From contig NC_057719.1 in assembly GCF_004010195.1 (NCBI RefSeq), positions 44,371,054 to 44,394,483 of the forward strand: a stretch of DNA of 23,430 nt, in the 5' to 3' direction. A program made the position numbers and the translations under genes. Position 1 is the first letter of the stretch, and every line of letters starts with the position of its first letter. Source of the stretch: Chiloscyllium plagiosum (taxonomy: Eukaryota). The notes beneath the pieces are model-generated. The model saw nothing but the letters and a program-made list of their open reading frames with translations, had not been told where the DNA came from and searched no databases. Of this stretch, positions 11,681 to 23,298 are shown piece by piece.

Positions 11681-14600
11681 GGGACTGTGTTCCATGTCAA
11701 TGAGAAAAAGTGGGACAATGTTCCTTATCAATGAGAAAAAGTGTGGATTGTGATCCATATCAATGAGAAAAAGGTAGGATTGTGTTCCTTATCAATGAGA
11801 AATAGGTGGAATTGTTTTCCTTATCAATGAGAAAAAGGGGGGATTGTGTTCCTTATCAATAGAAAAAGGGGAGATTGTGTTCCATATCAATGAGAAAACG
11901 GTGGGACTGTGTTCCTTATCAATGAGAAAAAGCTGAGATTGTGTTCCTTATCAATGAGAACTGGGTGGAATTGTTTTCCTTATCAATGAGAAAAAGAGGG
12001 GATTGTGTTCCTTATCAAGAGAAAAAGGTGGGAATGTGTTCCGTATCAATGTGAAAAAGGTGGGACTGTGTTCGTTATCAATGAGAAAAAGGTGGGACTG
12101 TGTTCCGTATCAATGAGAAAAAGGGAGGTTGTGTTTCGTATCAATGAGCAAAAGGATGTTGATTGTGTTCGTTATCAATGAGAAAAAGGTGAGACAGTGG
12201 ACCTTATCAATGAGAAAAAGGTGGGAATGTGTTCCTTATCAATGAGATAAAGGTGGGATTTTGTTCCGTATCAATGAGAAAAAGATGACATTGTGTTCTT
12301 TATCAAAGTGAAAAAGGTGAGACTGTGTTCTTGATCAATAAGAAAAAGTGTGGTTTGTATTCCTTATCAATGAGCAAAAGATGGGACTGTGTTCCATGTC
12401 AATGAGAAAAAGTGGGACAATGTTCCTTATCAATGAGAAAAAGTGTGGATTGTGATCCATATCAATGAGAAAAAGGTAGGATTGTGTTCCTTATCAATGA
12501 GAAAAAGGGGGGATTATGTTCCTTATCAAAAGAAAAAGTTGGGATTTTGTTCGGTTTCAATGAGAAAAAGGGTGGATTGAGTTACTTATCAATGAGAAAA
12601 AGTGTGGGATGTCTTCTGTATCAATGAGAAAAAGGTGGGATTGTGTTCCGCATCAATGAGAAAATGGTGGGATTGTGTACCTTATCAATGAGAAAAAGGT
12701 GAGATTGTGTTCCAGATCAATGAGCAAAATTTGCAACTGTGTTCTGTATCAATGAGAAAAAGGTGGGGCTGTGTTCCTTATCAATGAGAAAAAGGTGGGA
12801 CTGTCTTCCATATCATTGAGACAAAGGGTGGATTGTGTTCCTTATCAATGAGAAAAAAGTGGTACTGTGTTCCGTATCAATGAGAAAAAGTGTGGATTGT
12901 GATCCGTATCAAAGAGGAAAAGGGTGGGATTGTGTTCCTTAACAATGAGAAAAAGGGGGGTTTGTGTTCCTTATCAAAAGAAAAATTTGGGATTTTGTTC
13001 AGTATCAATGAGAAAAAGGGTGGATTCAGTTAATTATCAATGAGAAAAAGTGTGGGATGTGTTCCGTATCATTGAGAAAAAGGTGAGATTGTGTTCTGCA
13101 TCAATGAGAACATGGTGGGATGGTGTTCAGTATCAATGAGAAAAGGTGGGACTGTGGTCCGTATCAATGAGAAAAAGGGTGAGATTGTGTTCTTTATCAA
13201 TGTGAAAACGGTGGGACTGTGCTCCTCATCAATGAGATAAAGGTGGGATTGTGTTCCTTATCAATGAGCTAAATGTGGGATTTTGTTCTGCATGAATGAG
13301 ACAAAGGTCGGACTGTGTTCCTTATCAATGAGAAAAAGGGGACTTTGTGGTCCTTATCAATAAGAAAAAGGGTGGATTGTGTTCCGTATCAATGAGAAAA
13401 GGGTGAGATTGTGTTCTTAATCAATGAGAAAAAGGTGGGACTGTGTTCTTTATCAATGAGAAAACGGGAGGATTGTGTTCCGTATCAATGAGAAAAAGGT
13501 GGGATTGTGTTCTGTATCAATGAGAAAAATGGTGGATTGTGTTCCTTATCAATGATAAAAAGATGGGATTGTGTTCCGTGTCAGTGAGCAAAAGGTGGGA
13601 TTGTGTTCCGTATCAATGAGAAAAAAGTGAGATTGTGTTCCATATGAATGAGACAAAGTTGAGACTGTGTTCTGTATAAATGAGAAAAGGGGGGAATTGT
13701 GTTCCTTATCAATAAGGAAAAGGGTGCATTGTGTTCCGTATCAATGAGAAAAAGGTGAAATTGTGTTCCTTATCAGTGAGAAAAAGGTGGGACAGTGTTC
13801 CATATCAATGAGTAAAAGGTGGGATTGTGTTCCGTGTCAGTGAGCAAAAGGTGGGATTGTGTTCATTATCAATGAGAAAATGGTGAGATTGTGTTCCAGA
13901 TCAATGAGCAAAATTTGCAACTGTGTTCTGTACCAATGAGAAAAAGTTGGGGCTGTGTTACTTATCAATGAGAAAAAGGTGGGACTGTGCTCCATATCAA
14001 TGAGACAAAGGGTGGATTGTGTTCCTTATCAATGAGAAAAAGGTGTAATTGTGTTCCGTATCGATGAGAAAAAGGTACGATTGTGTTCCTTATCAATGAG
14101 AAAAAGGTGTGATTAAGTTCCTTATCAATGAGAAAAAGGTGTGATTGCGTTCCTTATCAATGAGAGACAGGGTGGTTTGTGTTCCTTATCAATGAGAAAA
14201 GGTTGAGATTGTGTTCCTTATCAATTAGAAATTGGGGGAATTGTTTTCCTTATCAATGAGAAAATGGGGTGATTGTGTTCATTATCAAGAGAAAATGGTG
14301 GGAATGTGTTCCGTATCAATGAGACAAAGGATGGGATTGTGTTCCTTATCAATGAGAAAAAGGTGGGACTGTGCTCCTCATCAATGAGAAAAGGGTGGGA
14401 ATGTGTTCCTTATCAATGAGAAGAAGGTGGGAATGAGTTCCTTATCATTGTGAAAAAGGTGGAATTGTGTTCTGTATCAATGATAAAAGGGGGGCTTGTG
14501 TTCCATATCAATGAGAAAAAGGTGGGATTGTGTTCTTTATCAATGAGAAAAAGGTGGGACTGTGTTCCTTATCAATGAGAAAAAGGGTGTATTGTGTTCC

Positions 14601-16178
14601 TTATCAATGAGAAAAAGGTGGGTCTGTTTTCCTTATCCATGAGAAAAAGTGTGGTTTGTGATCCTTATCAATGAGCAAAAGGTGGGACTGTGTTCCGTGT
14701 CAACGAGAAAAAGTGGGACAATGTTCCTTATCAATGAGAAAAAGTGTGGATTGTGATCGGTATCAATGAGAAAAGGGAGAATTGTGTTCCTTATCAATGA
14801 GAAAAAGGGGGGATTATGTTCCTTATCAAAAGAAAAAGTTGGGATTTTGTTCGGTATCAATGAGAAAAAGGGTGGATTGAGTTACTTATCAATGAGAAAT
14901 AGTGTGGGATGTGTTCCGTATCAATGAGAAAAAGGTGGGATTGTGTTCCGCATCAATGAGAAAACTGTGGGATTGTGTTCCGTATCAATGAGGAAAAGGT
15001 GGGACTGTGTTCGTTATCAATGAGAAAAAGGTGAGACTGTGTTCTGTATCAATGAGAAAAAGGGGTGATTGTGTTCCTTATCAATGAGAAAAAGGGTAAA
15101 TTTTGTTCTGTATCAATGAGATAAAGGTGGGATTGTGTTCCGTATCAATGAGAAAACATGGGAATGTGTTCCTTATCAATGAGAAAAATGGTGGGATTGT
15201 GTTCCTTATCAATGAGAAAAAGGGAGAATTATGTTCCTTATCAATGAGGAAAAAGATGGATTGAATTACTTATCAATGCGAAAAAGTGTGGGGTGTGTTC
15301 CTGATCAATGAGAAAAGGGTTGGATTGTGTTCCTTCTCAATGAGAAAACGGTGGAATTGTGTTCCTCATCAATGAGAAAAAGGGGGGATTGTGTTTTGTA
15401 TCAATGAGACAAAGGATGGGATTGTGTTCCTTATCTATGAGAAAAAGGTGGGACTGTGCTCCTCATCAAAGAGAAAAAGGTAGGATTGTGTTCCTTATCA
15501 ATGAGATAAAGGTGGAATTTTGTTCCGTATGAATGAGACAAAGGTGGGACTGTGTTCCATATCAATCAGAAAAAGTAGATATTGTGTTCCTTATCAATGA
15601 GAAAAAGGTGAGATTGTGTTGTTTATCAATGAGAAAAGGTGGAATTGAGTTCATTTTCAATGAGAAAACGGTGGGACTGTATTCAGTATCAATGAGAAAA
15701 AGGTGGGATTGTGTTCCGTATCAATGAGAAAATGGTGGAATTGTTTTCCTTATCAATGAGAAAAGGTTGGGATTGTGTTCCTTATCAGGAGATAAAGGTG
15801 TGATCGTGTTCCATATCAATGAGAATAAGGGTGGCATGTGTTCATTATCAATGAGGAAAAGGTGGGATTGTGTTCTGTATCAATGAGAAAACAGTGGAAT
15901 TGTGTTCTGTATCAATGAGAAAAGGCCGGATTGTGTTCCATATTAACGAGGAAAAGGTGGGAATGTGTTCCTTATCAGTGAGGAAAAGGTGGGACTGTGT
16001 TCCGTATCAATGAGAAAAAGGCCGGATTGTGTTCCGTATCAATAAGTAAAAGGTGGGATTGTGTTCCTTATCAAAGAGAAGAAGGTGGGAATGTGTTCCT
16101 TATCAATGAGAAAAATGTGGGATTGTGTTCCGTTACAATGTGAAAAAGGTTGGATTGTGTTCCTTATCAATGAGAAAA
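11681..16178. repeat. 32-bp tandem satellite, about 140 units, consensus TATCAATGAGAAAAAGGTGGGATTGTGTTCC(T/G); runs into the gap
   Basis: Directly visible 31-33 bp periodicity over about 4.5 kb, with recurrent blocks of variant units. Confidence 0.98.
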
Positions 16179-17056
16179 NNNNNNNNNNNNNNNNNNNNNN
16201 NNNNNNNNNNNNNNNNNNNNNNNNNNNNNNNNNNNNNNNNNNNNNNNNNNNNNNNNNNNNNNNNNNNNNNNNNNNNNNNNNNNNNNNNNNNNNNNNNNNN
16301 NNNNNNNNNNNNNNNNNNNNNNNNNNNNNNNNNNNNNNNNNNNNNNNNNNNNNNNNNNNNNNNNNNNNNNNNNNNNNNNNNNNNNNNNNNNNNNNNNNNN
16401 NNNNNNNNNNNNNNNNNNNNNNNNNNNNNNNNNNNNNNNNNNNNNNNNNNNNNNNNNNNNNNNNNNNNNNNNNNNNNNNNNNNNNNNNNNNNNNNNNNNN
16501 NNNNNNNNNNNNNNNNNNNNNNNNNNNNNNNNNNNNNNNNNNNNNNNNNNNNNNNNNNNNNNNNNNNNNNNNNNNNNNNNNNNNNNNNNNNNNNNNNNNN
16601 NNNNNNNNNNNNNNNNNNNNNNNNNNNNNNNNNNNNNNNNNNNNNNNNNNNNNNNNNNNNNNNNNNNNNNNNNNNNNNNNNNNNNNNNNNNNNNNNNNNN
16701 NNNNNNNNNNNNNNNNNNNNNNNNNNNNNNNNNNNNNNNNNNNNNNNNNNNNNNNNNNNNNNNNNNNNNNNNNNNNNNNNNNNNNNNNNNNNNNNNNNNN
16801 NNNNNNNNNNNNNNNNNNNNNNNNNNNNNNNNNNNNNNNNNNNNNNNNNNNNNNNNNNNNNNNNNNNNNNNNNNNNNNNNNNNNNNNNNNNNNNNNNNNN
16901 NNNNNNNNNNNNNNNNNNNNNNNNNNNNNNNNNNNNNNNNNNNNNNNNNNNNNNNNNNNNNNNNNNNNNNNNNNNNNNNNNNNNNNNNNNNNNNNNNNNN
17001 NNNNNNNNNNNNNNNNNNNNNNNNNNNNNNNNNNNNNNNNNNNNNNNNNNNNNNNN
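16179..17056. other. Assembly gap (878 N)
   Basis: Run of N. Confidence 1.
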
Positions 17057-17624
17057 CCGGCGCATTGCTGCAAGCGTGGAGCGGAGGATCTTGAAGGAGA
17101 ACCGTTGCTGGTGTTTTTGAATCTGTAGTCTGTACTGTTTGTCCTGTTCGGGTCCGAACTCTGCTGGTTTAAAGGTGGTCCGGAATCCGTGTGGGATGAG
17201 TCGGTTACGGAGGCAGGCACTGAGGAAGCAAGATTTTACTGCTCCTCGTATGCTGCCTGAACTGCTGTGCTCTTCCAGCACAACTAATCCAGAATCTGGT
17301 TTCCAGCATCTGCAGTCATTGTTTTTACTTTTTACAAAGTAAACAGGCATTCAATTCAGAAGGTCAGATTTTGATTGTTTTTCTTTTGATTCGAACTAAC
17401 ACCCATAGCTTGAAAAAATACAATTAGGTACTATTTAGGAGTTTTGCTGAAGTCATGGTTAGAGCTGGATAAATAAAACAGTTTCTCCTGATAAAACAAA
17501 TTGGCTTAGAGCTGTTAAGAAATAGATTATCTCAGTGTAAGCTGTTTAATATGGAAGTTCCAGGCCAGAAGTGTTTGGTTATAACACTGAAGGAGTTATT
17601 TGAAGCTGAGAAACTTTAAATTCA

Positions 17625-17680
17625 AGAGAAAGTGAGGGCTGCAGATGCTGGAGAATCGACGTTTCGGGCATAAGCCCTTC
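17625..17680 (-). mobile_element. 56-bp Penelope-like micro-insertion
   Basis: Minus strand GAAGGGCTTATGCCCGAAACGTCGATTCTCCAGCATCTGCAGCCCTCACTTTCTCT. Perfect 14-bp TSD AAACTTTAAATTCA at 17611-17624 and 17681-17694. Confidence 0.88.
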
Positions 17681-18624
17681 AAACTTTAAATTCAGTTGTA
17701 TGAAGTTTCTTTAAAGAAGCCATCAGGTTCCCTGTAAGGGGAATTGAAGTAATTGTTAAGTTAGCTCTAGAGGGGTAAAAGGGAAGGTAATTCTCTCTGG
17801 TGTGACTGCTGTGAAGTATTATTTTTGGGGTTAATGGGATTACATTTTCCTGGGTGTTTTAAAGTCTTTGAACTTGTGTTATATATAAATAGTTTGGTCT
17901 ATTTATATTTTATCTTTTTTAGGCATAACAAAATTTTGTTTTTATTGTTAAAACCAAATCTGTAGCATTCCATGCTTGTGTTTCAGTGAAAGGCCACTTC
18001 ATTAAATCCATTAAAAAGACATATCTATCAAGGCAGATGTGAGTCGAGAATTGACTATTCAGTGAAGACATGAGCTGACACTGTAACAACTTTAGCAGGT
18101 TTGAGCATTTTGGGAACTGCAAGCACAGATACAGTTCAAAAATTCCATGAGATGACAATGAGTATTTTTTGATGATCAAGACTATTTAAACCAAAACCCT
18201 AATCTGAGAAAGCCCGATGTATCAATTAACAAAAGTAGTCAAAGATATCAAATATATTTTGTCTTCTCTTAAACAAATCTTAATATTATGAATTTTAGTT
18301 AATATGATAAAATAAATCAGCATTCCTCGGAAATATAAACAAACTATTTCAGTTTACGTATTTAGATTGCCAGCACTTCAGTCAGAAGTTTTGATTTGCA
18401 ATCAAATGGATTGATGTTTTTCTCCATTTTTAATAATTTTAATTGGATTGTTAAGATTTTTCTTTGAGCACTGAATAGGAATCTGAATAGGAAACTGATG
18501 CCATTAGGCATGAGTTTTTGCTTCCAGATGAGGTGAGAAAAATGACAAATATGAGCGTTTATATGGTGGGAGTCCAAAAATCAGATTCTGCATCAAAATA
18601 AAATTTAACAATTAACTTCAAGAG

Positions 18625-20560
18625 GAGGAAGAAGGTTTGTGAGGATGAGGCATGAAGTCTCAGTTAGGGGGCTTCAGAGTCATAAGTTAGCTAGAAAAAA
18701 TCTAAAGGGAGGGCTAAGAAGAGCCAGCAGGGGACATGAGAAGTTTTGGTAGATAGGATCAAGCCTCAAACCCTAAGGCCTTCTATAGGTATATCAGAAA
18801 TAAAAGAATGATTAGAGTAAGATTAGGGCCAAAGGTAGCAGTGGAAAGTTGTGTGTGGAATCTGAGGATACAGGGGAAGTGCTTAATGAATACTTTTCGT
18901 CAGTATTTACATTGGAAAAGGGCAATGTTAGTGTGAATACGGAGATACAGGCTATTAGATTAGATGGAATTGTGGTTGACAAAGAGGAAGTTTTAGCAAT
19001 TTTGGAAGATCTTAAAATAGATAAGACCCCTGAGCTGGATGGGATTTATCCTCGGACTCTCTGGGAAGCCAGGGAGGAGATTGCAGAGCCTTTGGCTTTG
19101 ATCTTTATGTCATCATTGTCGGTAAGGATAGTGCAAGAAGACTAGTGGATAGCAAACGTTGTTCCCTTGTTTAAGGAGGGGAGTCAAGAAAACTCTGGTA
19201 ATTATAGGCCAGTGAGCCTTACTTCGATTGTTGGTAAGGTGTTGGAAAAGGTTATAGGAAAGAGATAGGATTTCTAATCATCTGGAAAGGAATAATTTGA
19301 TTAGAGATAGTCAACACAGTTTTGCGAAGGGTAGGCTGTGCCTAACTAACGTTATTGAGTTCTTCGAAAAGATGACAAAACAGGTGGATGAACGTAAAGT
19401 AGTTGATGTGGTGTATATGGACTTCATTAAGGCGTTTGATAAGGTTCCACACAGTAAGCTATTGCACAAAATACGGAGTTTCGGGATTGGGATTGAAGGT
19501 GATTTAGCGAATTGGATCATAAATTGGCTAGCTGAAAGAAGACAGAGGGTGGTGATTGATGGGAAATGTTCATCCTGGAGCTCAGTTACCAGTGGTGTGC
19601 CACAAGGATCTGTTTTGGGGCCACTGCTGTTTGTCATTTTTATAAATGATCTGGATGTGGGTGTAGACGGATGGGTTAGTAAATTTGTGGATGACACTAA
19701 GGCAGAGTTGTAGATAGTGCCGAAGGATGTTGTGGGTTACAGAGGGACATAGATAAGATGCAGAGCTGGGCAAATGGAAGTTAATGCAGAAAAGTGTGAG
19801 GTAGTTAACTTTGGAAGAAGTAACAGGAATGCAAAATACTGGGCTAATGGTAAAATTCTTGGCAGTGTAGATGAACAAAGAGATTTTGGTATCCAGGTGC
19901 ATAAACCCCTGAAAGTTGCCACCCAGGTTGATAGGGTTGTTAAGAAGGCATATGGTGTGTTGGCGTTTACTGGTAGGGGGATTGAGTTTCGGAGCTACGA
20001 GGTCATGCTTCAACTGTACAAGACGCTGGTAAGGCCGCACAGTATTGCATACAGTTCTGGTCATCGCATTATAGGAAGGATCTGGAAGCTTTGGAAAGAG
20101 TTCAGACGAGATTTACTAGGATGTTGCCTGGTATGGAAGGAAGGTCTTACGAGGAAAGGCTGAGGGAACGGAGGTTGTTTTCATTGAAGAGAAGGCGGCT
20201 GAGAGGTGACTTAATCAAGATAGAAACATAATCAGAGGGTTAGATAGGGTGGACAGTGAGAGCCTTTTTCCTCAGATGGTGAAGGCTAACACGAGGGGAT
20301 GTAGCTTTAAATTGAGGGGTGATAGATTTTGGAGAGATATCGGGGTAGTTTCTTTACTCAGAGAGTAGTTGGGGCATGGAATGACCTAACAGCAACAGCA
20401 GTAGACTCGTCAATGTTAAGGACATTTAAATGAGCATTGGACATACAAATGGATAATAATGGAATGGTGTAGGTTAGATGAGCATCAAATTAACTACACA
20501 GGTTAGCGCAACATCGAGAGCCAAAGGGCCTTGACCGCACTGTAACGTTCTATGTCCTAA
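18625..20560 (+). mobile_element. CR1 LINE, 5'-truncated, RT region through 3' tail, pseudogenised
   Basis: Frameshifted ORF2 pieces 'VLNEYFSSVFT', '[17 protein letters not shown]', '[13 protein letters not shown]', '[21 protein letters not shown]', 'FVDDTK', 'LYKTLVRPH'. 3' end ...CTGTAACGTTCTATGT. Confidence 0.95.
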
Positions 20561-21209
20561 CTACTATCTCCTCAGAAGGCAAGCTGATCTTTGACTATTC
20601 TGATGGAATTTCACATTGGGCCGGCACTGAAACCTCCATTGGAATCCTGCTCCCCACAATTTGAACAGTCTGGCAGAAACTCCACCCGTAGCATGGAGGG
20701 GTTGTATGCTGCTGCACATCCTCCACTTTCTCAATCAAGTCAATAGTCTGTTACATTCCATCTGTCATCTAGAGGTGGCAGGGAACTTCAGCAAGACGCT
20801 CTCTGCATGCAAGTCCTCCCTACTTCATCAGGGTTTTGGCAAGGACAGTGATGAACACAACACAGTCACATGCAATAAATATTTAAGGTCATTTATGGAA
20901 TCGAAGGCTGCCTGTGGGTTTTTTTTTTGTGGCCTTGAGAAGTCAGTGTTCCACATGTACATTGGTAAATTGCAGCTCTTTTTCACTTTAAAAGGGTTTC
21001 TCCTTAATTTTTGTTTTAACTGGTCAGCCCCACACTTAGTTGTTTAGCTACCAATGCAGAGATGAGGTAGGCAGATCAGAGGCCCTGCTCATGAGTCAGC
21101 TCCTGGCCCTTGCCACAATGGTCATGAACCGGTCCAGGCAGCAGATGGTTGAGGGTTACTCTGTCTGACAGCCTGCCCCTCTTTGTTGTCGTTATGTACA
21201 AGTCTGGGC

Positions 21210-21625
21210 AACAAAATCACAGAAGTCTCACATTTGAACCTTTGTGTTCTTCAAAAGAGCATTATTACTCAGTGCCAATCACCTCCTTTATCCACATACC
21301 TTTGCAACATTCTTTTTATCCAAATAATCATCCAATGACCTCTTGAATGTCTCAGTTGTACATACACTTACACACAGTGCATTCTGTCCCCCAATTACTC
21401 GTGAGTGAATCTGGTGGGTGTTTTCATATCACCCTTGCCTCTTGCAAATCACTTCAAATCTATGCCCTCTTATTCTTATTTCATTCACAGATAGGAACCG
21501 TTTCTCCATAGATGCTCTATTCAATCTGCTCAAGGTGGTGAAAACCTCTCTCATATCTCTGTTTAGCTTTTTTAGCTCTATCCTTATAACTGAAGTTTCT
21601 CATCCTTGGAAATGTTCTTGTAGCG
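21210..21625 (-). mobile_element. Old CR1-like LINE 3' remnant
   Basis: Degenerate 'atccaatgacctcttgaatg', 'gcattc...actc', 'aaatctatgccctct' motifs resemble a reverse-oriented CR1 ORF2 end and 3' UTR. Confidence 0.45.
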
Positions 21626-22339
21626 TGTTCGGAGAGGTCTGGCGTGGTAGAGAAGGGGATGGGCAGGGGTGCTTAAAGTAGCTGTTTCACACAAGGGTCA
21701 GAATGACCTTTTTTTGAGACAATGTAAATTTGGTCAGGATGACTACTGTGAAAGGCCAGGTGTAATGTCATGCTGAAAAGTACTCCAGTAGCTTTGATTT
21801 CCTTGAAGCACCTGTTGTATTGGTGGCAAAGAGCTATCCTCTCAAGCCACACAGCAGAACAGAATCATATAAAGCACATGCCAGTGGGGACAAAGAGAGG
21901 TACTTGAAACTAATCTCTGTGGACATAACCTGCACTTTTGGGGGCAGGATATCAAGAGTGAAGCATCCCAATATTACGGCTGTGTGCTTTCACTTACTGT
22001 TCTCAGATTCCTGAAAATGGAATGCTCAAACTGAATTGGCCAAGTCCAGAACATTGTTCAATGGAAAGAGACAGAAAGGGTGGAACAGTAAGCAAGCAGA
22101 AATTGATGCAGATGCAAAATAGGGTCAGATATTACAAGTGCATGACAATCAATTTTCCTCTTTCCACCCCCACTGGTAAATATTTCTGATTAACTTCCAT
22201 AGCTAAATTTTCTTGAAATGGATCCTTTAGCCTGTTGCAAGAAGCGATGCCAATCTGTATCAAGCATGGCTGAACAGGAGGCTCTCCCACTCTTCCCATC
22301 TGCCATAGATATACTGGAAGAAACTATAATTTAATAGTC

Positions 22340-22448
22340 AACCTGTTTATCCACGAAATGAGCACTTTCTATAGCCATCAAATCCTGGAGGGGGACTTGG
22401 AGCTTCTAACTCAGAGGAGAACGCTACCACTGTGCCACAAGACTTCCT
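22340..22448 (-). mobile_element. Degenerate tRNA-derived SINE head
   Basis: Minus strand TCTTGTGGCACAGTGGTAGCG (A-box-like) followed by a partly deleted B-box region (CAAGTCCC). Confidence 0.45.
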
Positions 22449-23298
22449 TATCCTACATACTAGCAGAGAGTAAAAGCTTAACTAAATCTTTCTTAATTCG
22501 AAAGATTGATTTATCTCACAAGTGAGAAGTTTGCGTTTTGAATTAAGCAATCTGGGAATGTGTTACAGTTTTTTCCTCTGAAAATTCCAGCAGTTAATTG
22601 GAGCAAAGATACGTTAACCAACATTTCCCTCTACAGATGCAACTTCAATTGTTACGAGTGGTTCTACCATAACACAAAGACCAAATTGTCGATGCATGAA
22701 TGAAAATGTGGTAGTCTTCTGGAATGATTTCATGAATTGGAACAGGATAACTTTTATGCATCATTCCCTGCTAATCTGGAGACAACATCAGGCTTACACC
22801 AGAAATAGTTGCCCTCCACTACACTTAGCAATGCCATCATTTTTCATATCTAAGTCTAATGGGGCTATGTAAGTAAGTCTTAAAAATCTGCACTTAAAAT
22901 GGAGAGGAAAAATGTACATCTTTACTTTATTGTAGTAACAACTTTCTGTTAGTTAATGAAACCAGATGATGATAATGAATCATAATGTTCAAAAATTCAG
23001 AGACTCACTTGCATAAGAAATCAACTTTCAACAAATGGGAATTTTTGTTTACCTTGTGCGCACTTTTTTTCTTGATTCAAATGTCCAATTTAGCAATAAA
23101 TTATGAGTTTATGTTGCGCACCAAAATGCATTTGTCTAAACCTGTAATTATTTCATTGCACTGCATCAGTAATTCTTATTTGTTTTTACTTTTTAGAAAG
23201 CAAAGATTGTAGCAAAGAGAGTTTTGTAATTGTCTCCAATTTTTATGACAATTCTGGGACAGTTCCTAAATTGGAGAAAGGTCATCCCTGATGAAAAC

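Larger units (their letters stand above)
11576..17333 (-). mobile_element. Penelope-like element with inverted 5' pLTR piece; interior occupied by satellite and an assembly gap
   Basis: pLTR end at 11578-11680 (minus). N-terminal ORF piece FLSACLRNRLIPHGFRTTFKP...ILRSTLAAMRR at 17057-17231 (minus). Inverted pLTR at 17232-17333. TSD ACAAAGTAAA(T/C)AGG at 11562-11575 and 17334-17347. Confidence 0.78.
11352..18088 (+). mobile_element. Possible old solo LTR, split by the two Penelope-like insertions
   Basis: The flanks 11352-11575 and 17334-18088 have a TG-rich, LTR-like composition resembling 1794-2441 and end in TGTAACA. No TSD or clean 5' TG was found, so the boundaries are uncertain. Confidence 0.3.

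Noticed and set aside
14633..15727. Repetitive ORFs within the satellite
   Set aside because: Chance translations of the 32-bp unit with frequent stops.
11681..16178. CRISPR-like array
   Set aside because: The units are head-to-tail homologous monomers with no unique spacers. There are no cas genes and the context is a vertebrate intron.
11681..16178. Resemblance of TCCTTATCAATGAGAAAAA to the tet operator TCCCTATCAGTGATAGAGA (14/19), suggesting a synthetic tetO array
   Set aside because: The right half-site is broken (TGAGAA rather than TGATAG), the monomers are naturally diverged, and no vector sequence is present. Treated as coincidence.
16039..17350. Long ORFs of 331-405 aa in the ORF track
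   Set aside because: Artefacts of reading through Ns. Only 17057-17231 (minus) looks protein-derived.
22985..23212. Candidate upstream TRIM9 exon (donor-like CAAG|gtaaac near 23052)
   Set aside because: The translation does not match the expected ENSVEFEA...HEHKLK exon, which appears to lie outside the window.
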